Both the position numbers and the translations under genes were made by a program. DNA of 64,000 nucleotides from Octopus sinensis (taxonomy: Eukaryota): NCBI RefSeq assembly GCF_006345805.1, contig NC_043003.1:3658001-3722000 (forward strand), read 5' to 3'. Below the pieces are notes generated by a model. That model was not told where the DNA came from. It was given only the letters and a program-made list of their open reading frames with translations, and ran no database searches. This document shows, in pieces, positions 63,962 through 64,000 of this stretch; the first letter of the stretch is position 1, and the number at the start of each line of letters is the position of its first letter.

Positions 63962-64000
63962 GCCTATCCTGTTTGCGTAAGCAGATGTGGTAAACGCCTT

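Overview
Eukaryotic, repeat-dense genomic DNA. The SINE/LINE families resemble those of coleoid cephalopods, probably Octopus (inference). The only clear gene is the 5' part of a TRPM-family cation channel on the minus strand. Seven GT-AG exons (40319-40717, 20895-21077, 13521-13748, 11808-12012, 10872-11067, 8465-8612, 4574-4667) join in frame into the N-terminal TRPM homology region, and the gene continues beyond position 1. A candidate start exon (62005-62034), a candidate 6-nt microexon (45948-45953) and a frame-shifting 94-nt cassette exon (39497-39590) are also visible. The introns hold tRNA-derived SINEs, RTE and R4/Dong LINE fragments, Penelope-like pieces, non-autonomous Helitrons, a DD37D maT transposase remnant and a hAT MITE. 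They also hold two TE-derived satellites of 137-138 bp unit, a 3.7-kb (GAA)-rich polypurine tract and several long palindromes. The most unusual signal is a set of minimal hammerhead-ribozyme motifs, some carried in the 3' part of a tRNA-headed SINE-like element that shows Penelope-type inverted termini. Almost all other ORFs in the supplied track are microsatellite artefacts or TE remnants.
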